Positions 1 through 9,501 of a stretch of 64,000 nucleotides of DNA are shown in pieces. Position 1 is the stretch's first letter, and each line of letters starts with the position of its first letter. The notes beneath the pieces are model-generated. The model worked only from the letters and a program-made list of their open reading frames with translations, did no database searches and had not been told where the DNA came from. The DNA lies in the IMG/VR virus record IMGVR_UViG_3300042566_001051, positions 1 through 64,000 of that record; one strand, 5' to 3'. The DNA comes from a virus. A program made the position numbers and the translations under genes.

Positions 1-1
1 A

Positions 2-115
2 TTACACCTTTGCGAGGCGGCCGCCGATGCCCGAGCCCGAGTGCGACGCGGCGTTGGCGACGTCGAGAAAGAACAGGCCGGCGATCGCGCCGTAGCCCCA
101 ACCGCCGCCGTGGTA
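2..115 (-). other. Putative DGR variable region (VR)
   Basis: Fits the TR-type pattern GG-N-W-N-N-G-A-N-AGLF-Y-L-N-V-N-N-A-A-S-N-S-N-S-N-I-GGRL, with NNY codons at every predicted Asn/Tyr position. No TR in the window. Confidence 0.65.
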
Positions 116-2569
116 GGCAACGCACGATGCGCCACTGTAGAAAATGTCAGGGAATGTCGCGCTGGCGGCAGATGCGTTCGTCGTCTCCGGCGTGAATACC
201 GTACCAAGGTCGTAATCCGTTCCGGTGGTTGTCGCCATCGTTACCGGATACGTGCCGCTTGTTGGGGCGGTCAGCGAGCTCGTCTTGTAGGTCTTGTTGC
301 CGTTCTTGTCCCACACCATGAACTTGGAACTGGCGTCAGTTTGCAGGCCGTCGACCATCTGCCAGACGTTGCCCCAGAGGCCAACGATGCCGCGCCAGGT
401 GGCTTGCGCCACGGTAGCGTTATCGACGGCCAGCGCGGACGAGCCGGACACATGGCCTTGGCCGACCAGCGTCTGGCTATCGGAGCCGCCAATTTCGATC
501 AGCGCCAGGGTTTGGATCGCCGAAAGCTGGTAGATATTCCACAGGCCAAAGCCGGTGACGCCGCCGGTGTTGCGGTTGTTGGCGCGGGTCTGCATGGTCG
601 GGAAGTCGATGGAGACCAAAGGCGTATTTCCAGCGACGGAGCCGAGCTTGGTGCCGCCGTCGTTCGTGCCTTGGTACTTGCCCACCCAGAACTGGTCGAT
701 CTGCGCGCCGGCATTCATGAAGGCCGGATGCACGCTGAAGCCGGAGACGGGCTGGTCGGAAACCATCCAGTAGCGCTTGCCGGCATAGGTGCCAGACGGG
801 ACGGTGCCGGTCTTCAGGTAATACTTCGGCACCTTCATCATGGCCTGGCCGTCGATGGTCTGCGCAACCACGCCGGCATAGGTCGGGTGGTTGTTGAAGG
901 TCGCGGCCGTGGTCGTGATTGCGTTGAAATTCTCGTCGATGCGCTGCCAGGTGCCCGCGCCGCCGCCGGTGGCCGTGCAGACGATGCCGATGATCTGGGC
1001 GAACTGCTGCTTGGTTGTGAAGGCGATGTCGGACGACCACTCGGATGCGCCCAGACTGGTGCCGGTGTGGCGGACGCGCATCACGTACTGGGTCTGACCT
1101 GCAACCAGGACGCCGGCGGGAACCGTGTAGCTGGTCTTGGCCGTGGTGCTGGCGCCGGAATCGTGCAGCGGTGCCGCCCAGGAGCCGGACGCAAGTCGAA
1201 TCTGCCACTGGCTGGATGCGTGCGTGTCGGTGCCGCCGGTCGTGGCAAAGGCGGAGGATTGCAGCGTCGGCTGTTCCGGGATTTCGGTCTGGCCGTTGGT
1301 CGGCGTGGTGACGGTCGGCGTATTGACGTAGGCGTAGGTCGCCTTGGTCGTGAAGCTGGTGATCGTCGCCCAGTCGGACACAAGGCCGGCAACGTCCTTG
1401 ACGCGAGCGCGGACGTAGAAGGTGGTATTGACGGCAAGCACGCCGGCCGGAACCGAGTAGGTCATAGCCGACTTTTCGCCGGAGTCGTGCAGGACGCTGG
1501 CAAAGGTGCTGCTGGTGCTGATCTGGAACTGCGCCGTGGCGAAGGCATTGCCGGCCGGGCTGACGTAGTTCGAAGCGGTCAGCGTCGGCGTCTCGATGAC
1601 GTTGGTCGCGCCGGTGGCCGGGCTGCTGATCGTGGGCGCGTTCGGGCGCATGAGCGGATTGACGTAGCCGCCCTGCTCAGTACCGCCGCCGAGAGCGACG
1701 ATGTGCTTGATAACCATCGGCTCGCCATCGACCACCATGCGCAGATAGCCATCGCCGCGCATGGGCACGACGTATTCGTAGTCGGCGAAGCCTTCCGGCA
1801 CGCCGCTGGTGCCGCCGCCGGAACGACGAACCGACCAGGCGCGCTCAGTCCATGCCGTGGTGTAGGCGTCGCGGAAATACAGGCGGGCCTCACCGGCATT
1901 CAGGCTTCGGCGAATGACGACGGCGCGGGACGTGTTGTTGTCACCCAGGTTGAGAGCGCGAGACACCCACTGGCCGCCGATGGCGCCATCGACGCCGCCT
2001 TCGGGCCGTGCAACGAGCGTGGAGCCGGTCAGCTTGGCGCCGGCGCCCCAGTTGCGGGACAGGTTGGCCGCCAGGCGCAGGCGAGTACCGGAGTGAATCG
2101 CGGTGATCCGCACCAGGGCGGTATCGGTCGCATCGGACAGAAGGTAGTCTTCGCCGACTTTCACGCCGCTGGTATCGGCGATGTCCAGGGAGTCGTCGCC
2201 CATGATGCCGCTGGTGACGGAAACGCCCAGGTGGTTTTGCAGGTTGTAGCCGGCCGCGAAAAGCTCGAAGGCGATGCGGCGATTGCGGTACAGCCAGTCC
2301 AGGGTGACGGCATTCTGTACCGACGTGGGCGATGCCAGGCCGTTCAGGGTGCCGGAAATGCCGCCGATCTGGGTAACGATGGCGTTGATCGTCTCGGACA
2401 GGTTCGGCTTTCCGGCGCGGGCGGCCTCGATTTCGGATTCGATGGCCTCGGCGCGGTTGTCCAGGTTATCGAAATTCTCGTCGATTTCCTGGTAGCGCAC
2501 GTTCCAAAGGGACGGAACGGCATCCGGTTCATTGTTCGGGATGGGGGTGATACTGGGGTTAGGCAACAT
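2..2569 (-). CDS. Tail fibre/receptor-binding protein with two Ig/FN3-like repeats and a C-terminal CLec (Mtd/FGE-like) domain; probable DGR target
   Basis: Lies after the baseplate genes; internal repeats PTISSPATG.../PTVTTPTNG...; GLWGNVWQMVDG motif; ends GGGWGYGAIAGLFFLDVANAASHSGSGIGGRLAKV. Confidence 0.85.
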   Translation of the reverse strand: MLPNPSITPIPNNEPDAVPSLWNVRYQEIDENFDNLDNRAEAIESEIEAARAGKPNLSETINAIVTQIGGISGTLNGLASPTSVQNAVTLDWLYRNRRIAFELFAAGYNLQNHLGVSVTSGIMGDDSLDIADTSGVKVGEDYLLSDATDTALVRITAIHSGTRLRLAANLSRNWGAGAKLTGSTLVARPEGGVDGAIGGQWVSRALNLGDNNTSRAVVIRRSLNAGEARLYFRDAYTTAWTERAWSVRRSGGGTSGVPEGFADYEYVVPMRGDGYLRMVVDGEPMVIKHIVALGGGTEQGGYVNPLMRPNAPTISSPATGATNVIETPTLTASNYVSPAGNAFATAQFQISTSSTFASVLHDSGEKSAMTYSVPAGVLAVNTTFYVRARVKDVAGLVSDWATITSFTTKATYAYVNTPTVTTPTNGQTEIPEQPTLQSSAFATTGGTDTHASSQWQIRLASGSWAAPLHDSGASTTAKTSYTVPAGVLVAGQTQYVMRVRHTGTSLGASEWSSDIAFTTKQQFAQIIGIVCTATGGGAGTWQRIDENFNAITTTAATFNNHPTYAGVVAQTIDGQAMMKVPKYYLKTGTVPSGTYAGKRYWMVSDQPVSGFSVHPAFMNAGAQIDQFWVGKYQGTNDGGTKLGSVAGNTPLVSIDFPTMQTRANNRNTGGVTGFGLWNIYQLSAIQTLALIEIGGSDSQTLVGQGHVSGSSALAVDNATVAQATWRGIVGLWGNVWQMVDGLQTDASSKFMVWDKNGNKTYKTSSLTAPTSGTYPVTMATTTGTDYDLGTVFTPETTNASAASATFPDIFYSGASCVAYHGGGWGYGAIAGLFFLDVANAASHSGSGIGGRLAKV

Positions 2570-2584
2570 TGAGGGCTCCTTGGA

Positions 2585-2965
2585 TCAAAAACGTAGCTTC
2601 AGGGTCACGCCGTAGGTCTCCCCTTCTTCCGTGAATTTCGGCGCGAATGTCTTCCAGCCGACCAGATGCCCATCAGCGTCGATGAGACCAGCCTCGGAAA
2701 TGACGCCGCCGACGATTTCGCTTGAATCGACGACGCCCTTGCCCGTGACAGAAAGCAAATCTTCTTGTGAAATTGAGGTGAGCGGCTTGCGCAGCACTTC
2801 GTGATACAGCGCAGTTACGCTGCTGCCAGCCGCCTTTGGCGTCATATCGGCGTTGTGCCCCCCATCGCCAAATGCCACATAGGCAATCGGCGCAAGTGTT
2901 GCAACGCCGGCCATGTGTGCGGCCAGGCGTTGGCGGAATCCATTGACTGTAACGGCCTCAGACAC
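2585..2965 (-). CDS. Tail collar/fibre attachment protein (P1 gpR position)
   Basis: IAYVAFGDGG and ISEAGLIDADG motifs typical of tail-collar fibre N-terminal domains; synteny. Confidence 0.65.
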   Translation of the reverse strand: MSEAVTVNGFRQRLAAHMAGVATLAPIAYVAFGDGGHNADMTPKAAGSSVTALYHEVLRKPLTSISQEDLLSVTGKGVVDSSEIVGGVISEAGLIDADGHLVGWKTFAPKFTEEGETYGVTLKLRF

Positions 2966-2968
2966 GCT

Positions 2969-4228
2969 CTACTCCTTGATGATTTCGAACTCGAAAGCCG
3001 GGTTTCTGGGGCCGCCGAGCTTCCATTGACCGGAAAGAGTCAGCCGGGCAGGCTTCGGTGGCAACATGACGGCAGGCTTGTGATCGTGGATTCTGAACTC
3101 GCCAAAACGCGGATAAACGGTCATTTTCCGGCTACGGAGCCGGCGCCCGTCTAGGCTGAAATGCCCGATCTGATAGGCGCCGCCGACCGTCCATGTGCCA
3201 TCAAGGCGGCGAATGCGCTCAAAAAGCGTCGTTGGCGGGTCAGGAATGAAATACTCTGGCTCAGGATCGGCGGGGATCGTTTCGACTCGCCACACCAGCG
3301 TATCGCCGGTTATTTCAACGTCAGCAAGGCCACTCGCCCGGCAACTCTTCAGGCGCCAATCGACCTTTCCGCCCTCCAGCTTCCCGAGCTTGAACGTGCC
3401 GAAATGACTTGGGAGGCGCGCCGGCTCGCCGTCGATACCCAACTTCCATCGGCCATCGTTCGCCTCGGTGATAACCCGACCGCACCACGGGTAGCGAATC
3501 GGTATGGTCTTGTCCATCGCCAGCGCGTAGCCCATCGAAACGGATATGCCAAAGGCAATGCGCAGCCAGAACCGGAACACGGGAAGCAGGCGCGCCGGGA
3601 TGACCGAGCGGATGATGTGGATCAGGCTGGCAATCGAGCGAGTATTGACGCTGAAATCCAGCGAAATAAGGATTCGACTGGTCAGGAACATCCCGGCGGT
3701 ATTCACCTTGCGGTTGGCCCGGCTTTCATCGGCGCCGACAATGCGCCGTCCAAGCCCCCAGGAGCCGTCCAGCTTCACGCCATCCTCGCCGACTTGATGC
3801 AGCCACCACGCGAAGCTTGGTTTCGTGGTGTAGAGCGCCGTCGGGTACGGGCTTTCCTTGTCGTGCCAAAGCTGTTCCACCTCGCATTCGTTGGGGAACA
3901 GCATTTGCAGGTAGGTGCGCAGGAAATGCAGGCCACGCCCCTGAACGTCGCCAGACTTCCAGGCCCGGTACAGGTAACGCGTTGCCGCCTCTTCACGGTC
4001 GCCTTGCAGTAGCACCAGACCGTCGGTATTGACCGCCTTGCGCACCAGATCAAGGGAGCCAAGATGCGCAGCACCAAGGACGTTCGCGTCGAACGAGTCT
4101 CCCGCAAGGTTGGCCCCGAACAGATCGAGGAATAGCTTCTTCAGGTCGGCCTCAACCTCGTTTTCGGCAAAGCTGCCTTCGAGGGGGCTTAGTCGCGGAA
4201 GTTGGGCGTTTTGGAAGTCAAGAGACAT
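2969..4228 (-). CDS. Baseplate wedge protein (P1 gp16 position)
   Basis: RGLHFLRTYLQML motif, LDGSW repeats; lies between the baseplate-J-like gene and the fibre genes. Confidence 0.6.
   Translation of the reverse strand: MSLDFQNAQLPRLSPLEGSFAENEVEADLKKLFLDLFGANLAGDSFDANVLGAAHLGSLDLVRKAVNTDGLVLLQGDREEAATRYLYRAWKSGDVQGRGLHFLRTYLQMLFPNECEVEQLWHDKESPYPTALYTTKPSFAWWLHQVGEDGVKLDGSWGLGRRIVGADESRANRKVNTAGMFLTSRILISLDFSVNTRSIASLIHIIRSVIPARLLPVFRFWLRIAFGISVSMGYALAMDKTIPIRYPWCGRVITEANDGRWKLGIDGEPARLPSHFGTFKLGKLEGGKVDWRLKSCRASGLADVEITGDTLVWRVETIPADPEPEYFIPDPPTTLFERIRRLDGTWTVGGAYQIGHFSLDGRRLRSRKMTVYPRFGEFRIHDHKPAVMLPPKPARLTLSGQWKLGGPRNPAFEFEIIKE
3090..3130 (-). promoter_or_regulatory. Putative late promoter (CGGAAAA-N28-CAGAAT) for tail collar/fibre genes
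   Basis: Same motif and spacing as seven other sites; inside the 3' end of the upstream gene. Confidence 0.45.
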
Positions 4229-4237
4229 GGCGGCCCA

Positions 4238-5734
4238 CTACCCGCCCCAGGACGGCGTGACGATATTGACCGTCTCGACGGTAACTGAGAGGCTTTCGGT
4301 GGCGACGTAGCGCCACATTTCAGGCCGGGCCGCCAGCGCTTCAGGTTCCAGGATATTGACGGTCAGGTCAGACTCTCCGCCGGAGAGCGCCGCAACCTTT
4401 TCGCGCAGCAGCGCATAAACTCGCTGATAGAGCGGGCGATTGCGGCCGCGCCGTGATGCTGCCGCCGTCTCGCCAAACTCCGACAAGATGGCCTCGATGA
4501 TTTTCTGGCGCACGTCGGAAGCAACGTATGAGGTTGCCACCCTGGCGCTGATGGTCATGGCGATCTTCGAGCGCACCGGGGTAAAGAAGCGCACCTTATA
4601 GCTGTCGTCGGCGGCCAGGATGGCGGCCTTTATTTCGCGCTGGGTGTCGGTGAGCGATTCGTTGGCGATCACCGCCGGCGGAACCGGTACAGCCGGGTCT
4701 TCTTCGGTCAGGATGCTTTCTTCGCCAGTGCTCGATAGGCAGGCGACGAATAGGGTATTGATGTTATCGAAGCTGGGGCCTCGCGCCCGTTCTTCAGCCG
4801 ATTCATTCCAGACCGACAAGAAGCGCAGCGTCGGAAAGTTCCTGCGCACCAAGAAATCGAACTCGCCCAGGAATACCGCATTGCCGTCATAGACAGACGG
4901 GTAGCGCGCCAGGTCTCGCAGCACCGACATGGGCGGCGGATTCTGACCAGGCAGCAGCATGGCATCCATCTTCATTTCGATGGCCGCCTCCAGCGGAGAG
5001 ACAAGGTACTCGAACGAAAACGGGCTGCCAAACGCCGGGCTTATGTCGCCGGCGGTATAGAACACGGCCAAGGTAATGGCGGCGCCGTCTCGTGGTTGCA
5101 CGCCGACCACGCCATCAAAGCCGAAGCGGACATAGACGCGCTGGCGGTCATCGGCCTCGATGTGGAATACCCGGTCATCCGGGAAGGTGTTGACGTAGCG
5201 GTCGCGGTAGGAGAGCTCTCCATCGCCATCGCTCACGGAAACGCCGCACAGGTAGGAATCGTCTTCGGATGGCGGTATTTCAATGGCGTAGAACGGCTCG
5301 CTACCGCTGACGGTGTGGCGAACGACCAGCGAGCGCAGTTGCACCGCCTCGAATGTCGCCTCTCCATCTGCCGGCACGCTGGCCGGTGTCTCAATCCTGT
5401 AGGAAAGCCCGGATGAATCAAGGATCGTTCTCCCTGATTCGATAACAAAGACCTCTCCGCCCTTATTTGCAGCTCGAATCCGCACCCTTGCCGGAGTCGC
5501 CTTGCGAACGATTCCGCGCATTGCAGCATCGGCCAGAACGGTAGCGTCCCGCGTTTTCTCGAACGGCTCAGACATGGCCGTTTCAAGCTGGGCGGAGAAC
5601 ATCGCCAGCATGGTTGCCATTGCATCAAGATGCTGTAACACGCGCGGGTCTCCGGCCTGGTACAGCGGAGCAATGGCCGGGTAGGATGAAATCGAATCGC
5701 GGATTGCCCGCTGAAAATCTGCCTTGGTCAGCAT
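4238..5734 (-). CDS. Baseplate J-like wedge protein (P1 BplA-like)
   Basis: VYVRFGFDGVVG motif (gp6/J-like), size and synteny. Confidence 0.7.
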   Translation of the reverse strand: MLTKADFQRAIRDSISSYPAIAPLYQAGDPRVLQHLDAMATMLAMFSAQLETAMSEPFEKTRDATVLADAAMRGIVRKATPARVRIRAANKGGEVFVIESGRTILDSSGLSYRIETPASVPADGEATFEAVQLRSLVVRHTVSGSEPFYAIEIPPSEDDSYLCGVSVSDGDGELSYRDRYVNTFPDDRVFHIEADDRQRVYVRFGFDGVVGVQPRDGAAITLAVFYTAGDISPAFGSPFSFEYLVSPLEAAIEMKMDAMLLPGQNPPPMSVLRDLARYPSVYDGNAVFLGEFDFLVRRNFPTLRFLSVWNESAEERARGPSFDNINTLFVACLSSTGEESILTEEDPAVPVPPAVIANESLTDTQREIKAAILAADDSYKVRFFTPVRSKIAMTISARVATSYVASDVRQKIIEAILSEFGETAAASRRGRNRPLYQRVYALLREKVAALSGGESDLTVNILEPEALAARPEMWRYVATESLSVTVETVNIVTPSWGG

Positions 5735-5735
5735 G

Positions 5736-6026
5736 TCACGTCCTCGGAACCTCGATCACTTGGCCGGCAACCTCGATTACAAGATCGAGGCGATCAGGCG
5801 GCGTCTGAACGCCATAGAGATTGATCGATCCAGCAGGGAGCGCCTGAAGAACGGCCACATCGGAGCGCAGCTTTTGCAGGAACGCATCCGGCGCGCCGTC
5901 GGTCTGCGGCTGCTGCAATAGAGCCTTCACGTCCTGCCCGTAGTCAGAGCCCAAATAGCCATTCACTGGCGTTTTCAGCCAGTGTCCGACCATGCCCTGA
6001 ATTTCATTGCCCGTTATCGTCGCCAT
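5736..6026 (-). CDS. Small baseplate protein (gp25/W-like; P1 PmgA position)
   Basis: HWLKTPVNGYLGSDYG motif; directly upstream of the J-like gene. Confidence 0.6.
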   Translation of the reverse strand: MATITGNEIQGMVGHWLKTPVNGYLGSDYGQDVKALLQQPQTDGAPDAFLQKLRSDVAVLQALPAGSINLYGVQTPPDRLDLVIEVAGQVIEVPRT

Positions 6027-6032
6027 GCCCTA

Positions 6033-6074
6033 ATCCTATGGGGCTGGCAACGTCTGGCGACGCGGGTTTTTCCG
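6033..6074 (-). promoter_or_regulatory. Putative late promoter (CGGAAAA-N29-TAGGAT), likely leaderless
   Basis: Intergenic; -10 hexamer 6 nt before the ATG at 6026. Confidence 0.65.
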
Positions 6075-6077
6075 CGA

Positions 6078-8591
6078 TCAGGCGTTACTCAGTCCGCCGG
6101 TGACGATATGAGCAATGCGGCGATCCTTCAGGTCTTGCCCGGCATCCTGCGACGGGGCTGCGACGGCGGCTGCCTTCTTCGTGTCGGCGGACGCCATTGG
6201 GACAGCAACCGTTGGCGCCTCGGCAATTGGCGGCGCTGTCGGAGCGACTGAAACCGGCGGTGCGCTTATGCTTGCGACAACAGGCGGCGCCGGCGAGGCA
6301 ATGGCGGATGATGGTGCCTGCTGTGATGCGACGGCCGTAGGCGCGGCGTCCTGACCGGCGAGCGCCAGAAGCCGATTTTTTTCTTCCACTGCGCGCTTGG
6401 CAGTTCCGGCCCTTACCCCTGCCGATGAGCTCGCAAACAGCTTGTCATTGTTCGCCACCTTGTAGTCCTGGATGGCGGAAACAATATCCGCATCGGACAT
6501 GCTGGCGGTGTCCTTGCCCTTCAGTGACTTCTCGATTAGGGATGAATTCCCTCCGAACTGAACTGACGTGCTCCATACGGCGTCCTGAACCGCCGCGCCG
6601 CGCCCGGAAAGGTCAATTCCGCCTTTCTTCAGCCGGTCGATTTGCGGGTCGTAGTGGCTGGCTTTAATGAAGTCGTGCTGGGCATTGCCGAATTCAGGAT
6701 CGGCCTTGGCGACTTCCTTCCATTTGGCGTTGAACTCAGGCGAGCCAGGCTGTAGTCCAGTGAACTGATCGCCGTATTTGCTCGACTTCAGAAATTTTTG
6801 CAGCGTTCCTTGCGTCGATGAAAGCTGATAGGTGCCATAGGATGCGCCTCCGAAGTCACCTTTCCCGCTTGACACGGTTCCGGCACCGCCTTTGCCCGAC
6901 TCGAACAACTTGCTTGTCTGGCCCAATACCCAGTTTCCGGCGGTCTTTGCGCCTTCCCACGCTTTTGCAACGCCCTTGCCGACGGTCGTGTTGTCAGCGG
7001 CCCACTCAGCGCCTTTCTTGACGCTATCGACTGCCTGCCCGCCGACCTCTACGGCCTTTGTTTTTGCTGATACAGCCGTGTCTGCGGCCCATGTTGCCGC
7101 CCTCTGTGCTCCGGCTTTTGCATCAAACCCGGTTTTGTCCTTGACGAATGAATTGGCGGCATTCGCTTTGTCTGCGGCCCAATCGACGGCTTGGCTTCCG
7201 GCATCCTTGATTCCCTTCCAGGCGTCCGACAGCTTTTCGAGCGCACCATCCCATCCCTTCTTCAGGAAGTCGGTTGTCGCTTCCCAGGCGCCAACGATCT
7301 TGCCGGGTATGTCCGCCTCACGCAGATCAGAAACCCAGCCCCCTACGGTGTCGCCGATTATCTGCCCAGCCTGGTCGCCAAAGAACATGCCGACAGCCCC
7401 GCCCAGGGCGCCGCCGATAGCAACCCCGATAGGGCCGCCGATTGCACCGGCCATTGCCCCCAGCTTGGCGCCAGCGAGCATGCCGCCGACACTACCGGCG
7501 AACCCGCCAACCGCCTTTCCTGCTTTTTCATCCTTCTGACGCCGGGTCAGCGAGTCGTCCGTTTCGCTGCTGTAAATGTCGGAGGCTGCTCCGACGCCGC
7601 CGATCAGCGCGCCAAGCAGCGGGATGCGGCGAAGCATGCCCTTGCCAGCACCAAGCAATCCTTTGCCAGCGCCCATCAAGCCCTTGCTGGCTCCACCAAG
7701 CATCCCAGCGCCGCCGGCCAGCATCGGCCCGATAACCGGGATTTTCGACAATAGGCCGGACATCATGCCAAGCAGGCCGCCGCCGTCTCCGCTGCCCTTT
7801 GCTTCCGGTTTTTCCTCAAGCAGCTTCAAGCTCTTGTTTGCCGCCTTCGAATAGGCCGTCTCTTCCTTCCTGAAGACGCTCAGGGTCGAGAAGATGCGCC
7901 GGAGAAAGCCGGTCTGCTTCTTGTCCTCACTGCCGCCGGTCAGCATTTCATAGCCGCGCGCCATCGGCTGGGCTACCTCATTGAACGCCTTGACGGCCGG
8001 GTCTGCCTCTTCCATGCCGCCGCTTGAATCGGCAACAGCGCCGACGATACGGTCAGCAATCGAGCGCAATGCGCCAGTATCGGCATCGTCCGCCGCATCA
8101 TTTGGCAGCAGCCCATCCGGGCGGCCATCGCCCTTGGTGAATCTGCCTCGCCCATCCCGTCCGGCAGGCTTTGCTACCGACTGTGGCGACTTCCGTTCCG
8201 GTCGCACCATGACGCCAGAGGCGCCAGACTTTGCCGATGTCGATGCGGCTTCATTTCCTTGCCCGCGAACCGGCGTGACAGCCTTCCGCAGCAGGGATGG
8301 AATCTCATCGCTGTAGCGGCGGGCTGGAATTGCTGACGCCGCGCGCTCTCGGCCCCTTGGTGTTGCCTTGACGGCCGGGTCTGCCTCTTCCATGCCGCCG
8401 CGAGGGGTAATAACCCTTGATGCGTCAGCGTGCTTCCCGCCACCTTTGACGGCCGCCTCGCTGGCGCCCATAACAGCCTTGCGGATTGCCCGAACATCGC
8501 TCCTGATGTCATCCCAGACCGCAAGCGCGCGGCCAATATCAATCGGGTCTCCGACAAGGAAGCCCTGCGCATCGTGCTTAAGTGCCGCCAT
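6078..8591 (-). CDS. Tape measure/injection protein (P1 Sit-like) with C-terminal peptidoglycan hydrolase domain (VgrG3-C-like)
   Basis: Gly/Ala-rich hydrophobic segment, W-spaced helical repeats, FESGKGGAGTVSSGKGDFGGASYGTYQL motif. Confidence 0.8.
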   Translation of the reverse strand: MAALKHDAQGFLVGDPIDIGRALAVWDDIRSDVRAIRKAVMGASEAAVKGGGKHADASRVITPRGGMEEADPAVKATPRGRERAASAIPARRYSDEIPSLLRKAVTPVRGQGNEAASTSAKSGASGVMVRPERKSPQSVAKPAGRDGRGRFTKGDGRPDGLLPNDAADDADTGALRSIADRIVGAVADSSGGMEEADPAVKAFNEVAQPMARGYEMLTGGSEDKKQTGFLRRIFSTLSVFRKEETAYSKAANKSLKLLEEKPEAKGSGDGGGLLGMMSGLLSKIPVIGPMLAGGAGMLGGASKGLMGAGKGLLGAGKGMLRRIPLLGALIGGVGAASDIYSSETDDSLTRRQKDEKAGKAVGGFAGSVGGMLAGAKLGAMAGAIGGPIGVAIGGALGGAVGMFFGDQAGQIIGDTVGGWVSDLREADIPGKIVGAWEATTDFLKKGWDGALEKLSDAWKGIKDAGSQAVDWAADKANAANSFVKDKTGFDAKAGAQRAATWAADTAVSAKTKAVEVGGQAVDSVKKGAEWAADNTTVGKGVAKAWEGAKTAGNWVLGQTSKLFESGKGGAGTVSSGKGDFGGASYGTYQLSSTQGTLQKFLKSSKYGDQFTGLQPGSPEFNAKWKEVAKADPEFGNAQHDFIKASHYDPQIDRLKKGGIDLSGRGAAVQDAVWSTSVQFGGNSSLIEKSLKGKDTASMSDADIVSAIQDYKVANNDKLFASSSAGVRAGTAKRAVEEKNRLLALAGQDAAPTAVASQQAPSSAIASPAPPVVASISAPPVSVAPTAPPIAEAPTVAVPMASADTKKAAAVAAPSQDAGQDLKDRRIAHIVTGGLSNA
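7987..8401. repeat. Exact 37-bp direct repeat (7987-8023, 8365-8401) encoding GGMEEADPAVKA twice
   Basis: gccttgacggccgggtctgcctcttccatgccgccgc occurs twice, 378 bp apart, in frame. Confidence 0.95.
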
Positions 8592-8595
8592 GCCG

Positions 8596-9501
8596 TTACG
8601 CCTTCATGAAAGTATCGAGTTGCGAGAACGACATCTGCACCTCCTGTAGTCCGTCCTCGCGGCGAGAAAGGCTGAATTCCAGATTCGCCGGACGGAATAA
8701 CCCGATGTCCTCGTATCCTCCGCGATTGCTGCCTCTGGTGATGAACGCATGCACGACCTTGATCGTGACGGCGTAGCTCGCCGGAACGCCGACAGTTCCG
8801 TCCCTTGCTGCTGCGGCCCCGTGGTGTGCAGCAAACCACTTCTTCAGGAAACCTGACTGGTCGTCCATCGTGGTCAGGCGCAACTCAACCGGCTCGTTTC
8901 CCTGTACGGAATCGACGACAGCCCCGCCAACCTTGCGCTTCTCGCCGGAAACGGTGAATGGGGCGTACTCAACATCGGTGGCGAACAAATTGAACCGCTG
9001 CGATACATCTCCTTGCAGCTTGCTCGATACCTCGATCAGGAATAGGTTTTTCTTGGCGAGGCGCTGCCCGCGCATGTCGTCATAGATACGCCGCGCCTCG
9101 GTCGGGCTGATGCCGCCAAAAAGCGGGGTAGAGGCGCCCCAGTACATGGTCTGCGATGCGACGCCGCTCATTCCTGGAAATAGGTTGTTCAGCATGCCGG
9201 AATCCAGAATGCGCATTCCGGCGCCCTCCCAGTTTCCATTCATGATGTCGCCAACGGCGCCGGCACCAACATTGAGCGCCCGCTGCGCTTGGATTGGGAT
9301 GTGCTTATTGACGAGGTTCATGGCGGCATTCGTCGCCATGTTTGCCCCCATGCCAGCAACCGTAGCCGCCAGCTTGCCGCCGCCAAAAGCATTGGCCGCC
9401 TTGGCCGCAACGCCGCCGACGGAGGAACTGATTCCCGAACTGATGGAGCCCATCAAGCCATTGCTGGACAGGCTTGCAGCCACGTTATTGTACAAACTCA
9501 A
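8596..9501 (-). CDS. Tail tube-like/baseplate tube-initiator protein
   Basis: C-terminal tube-like pattern (LFATDVEY...ELRLTTMDD...QEVQMSFSQ); probable TTG start overlapping the HNH stop. Confidence 0.5.
   Translation of the reverse strand: MSLYNNVAASLSSNGLMGSISSGISSSVGGVAAKAANAFGGGKLAATVAGMGANMATNAAMNLVNKHIPIQAQRALNVGAGAVGDIMNGNWEGAGMRILDSGMLNNLFPGMSGVASQTMYWGASTPLFGGISPTEARRIYDDMRGQRLAKKNLFLIEVSSKLQGDVSQRFNLFATDVEYAPFTVSGEKRKVGGAVVDSVQGNEPVELRLTTMDDQSGFLKKWFAAHHGAAAARDGTVGVPASYAVTIKVVHAFITRGSNRGGYEDIGLFRPANLEFSLSRREDGLQEVQMSFSQLDTFMKA

Noticed and set aside
41-2572. 843-aa + strand ORF (likewise 31210-32103, 33256-35340, 35948-37849, 55507-58158)
   Set aside because: Antisense shadows of real GC-rich genes; no motifs or RBS.
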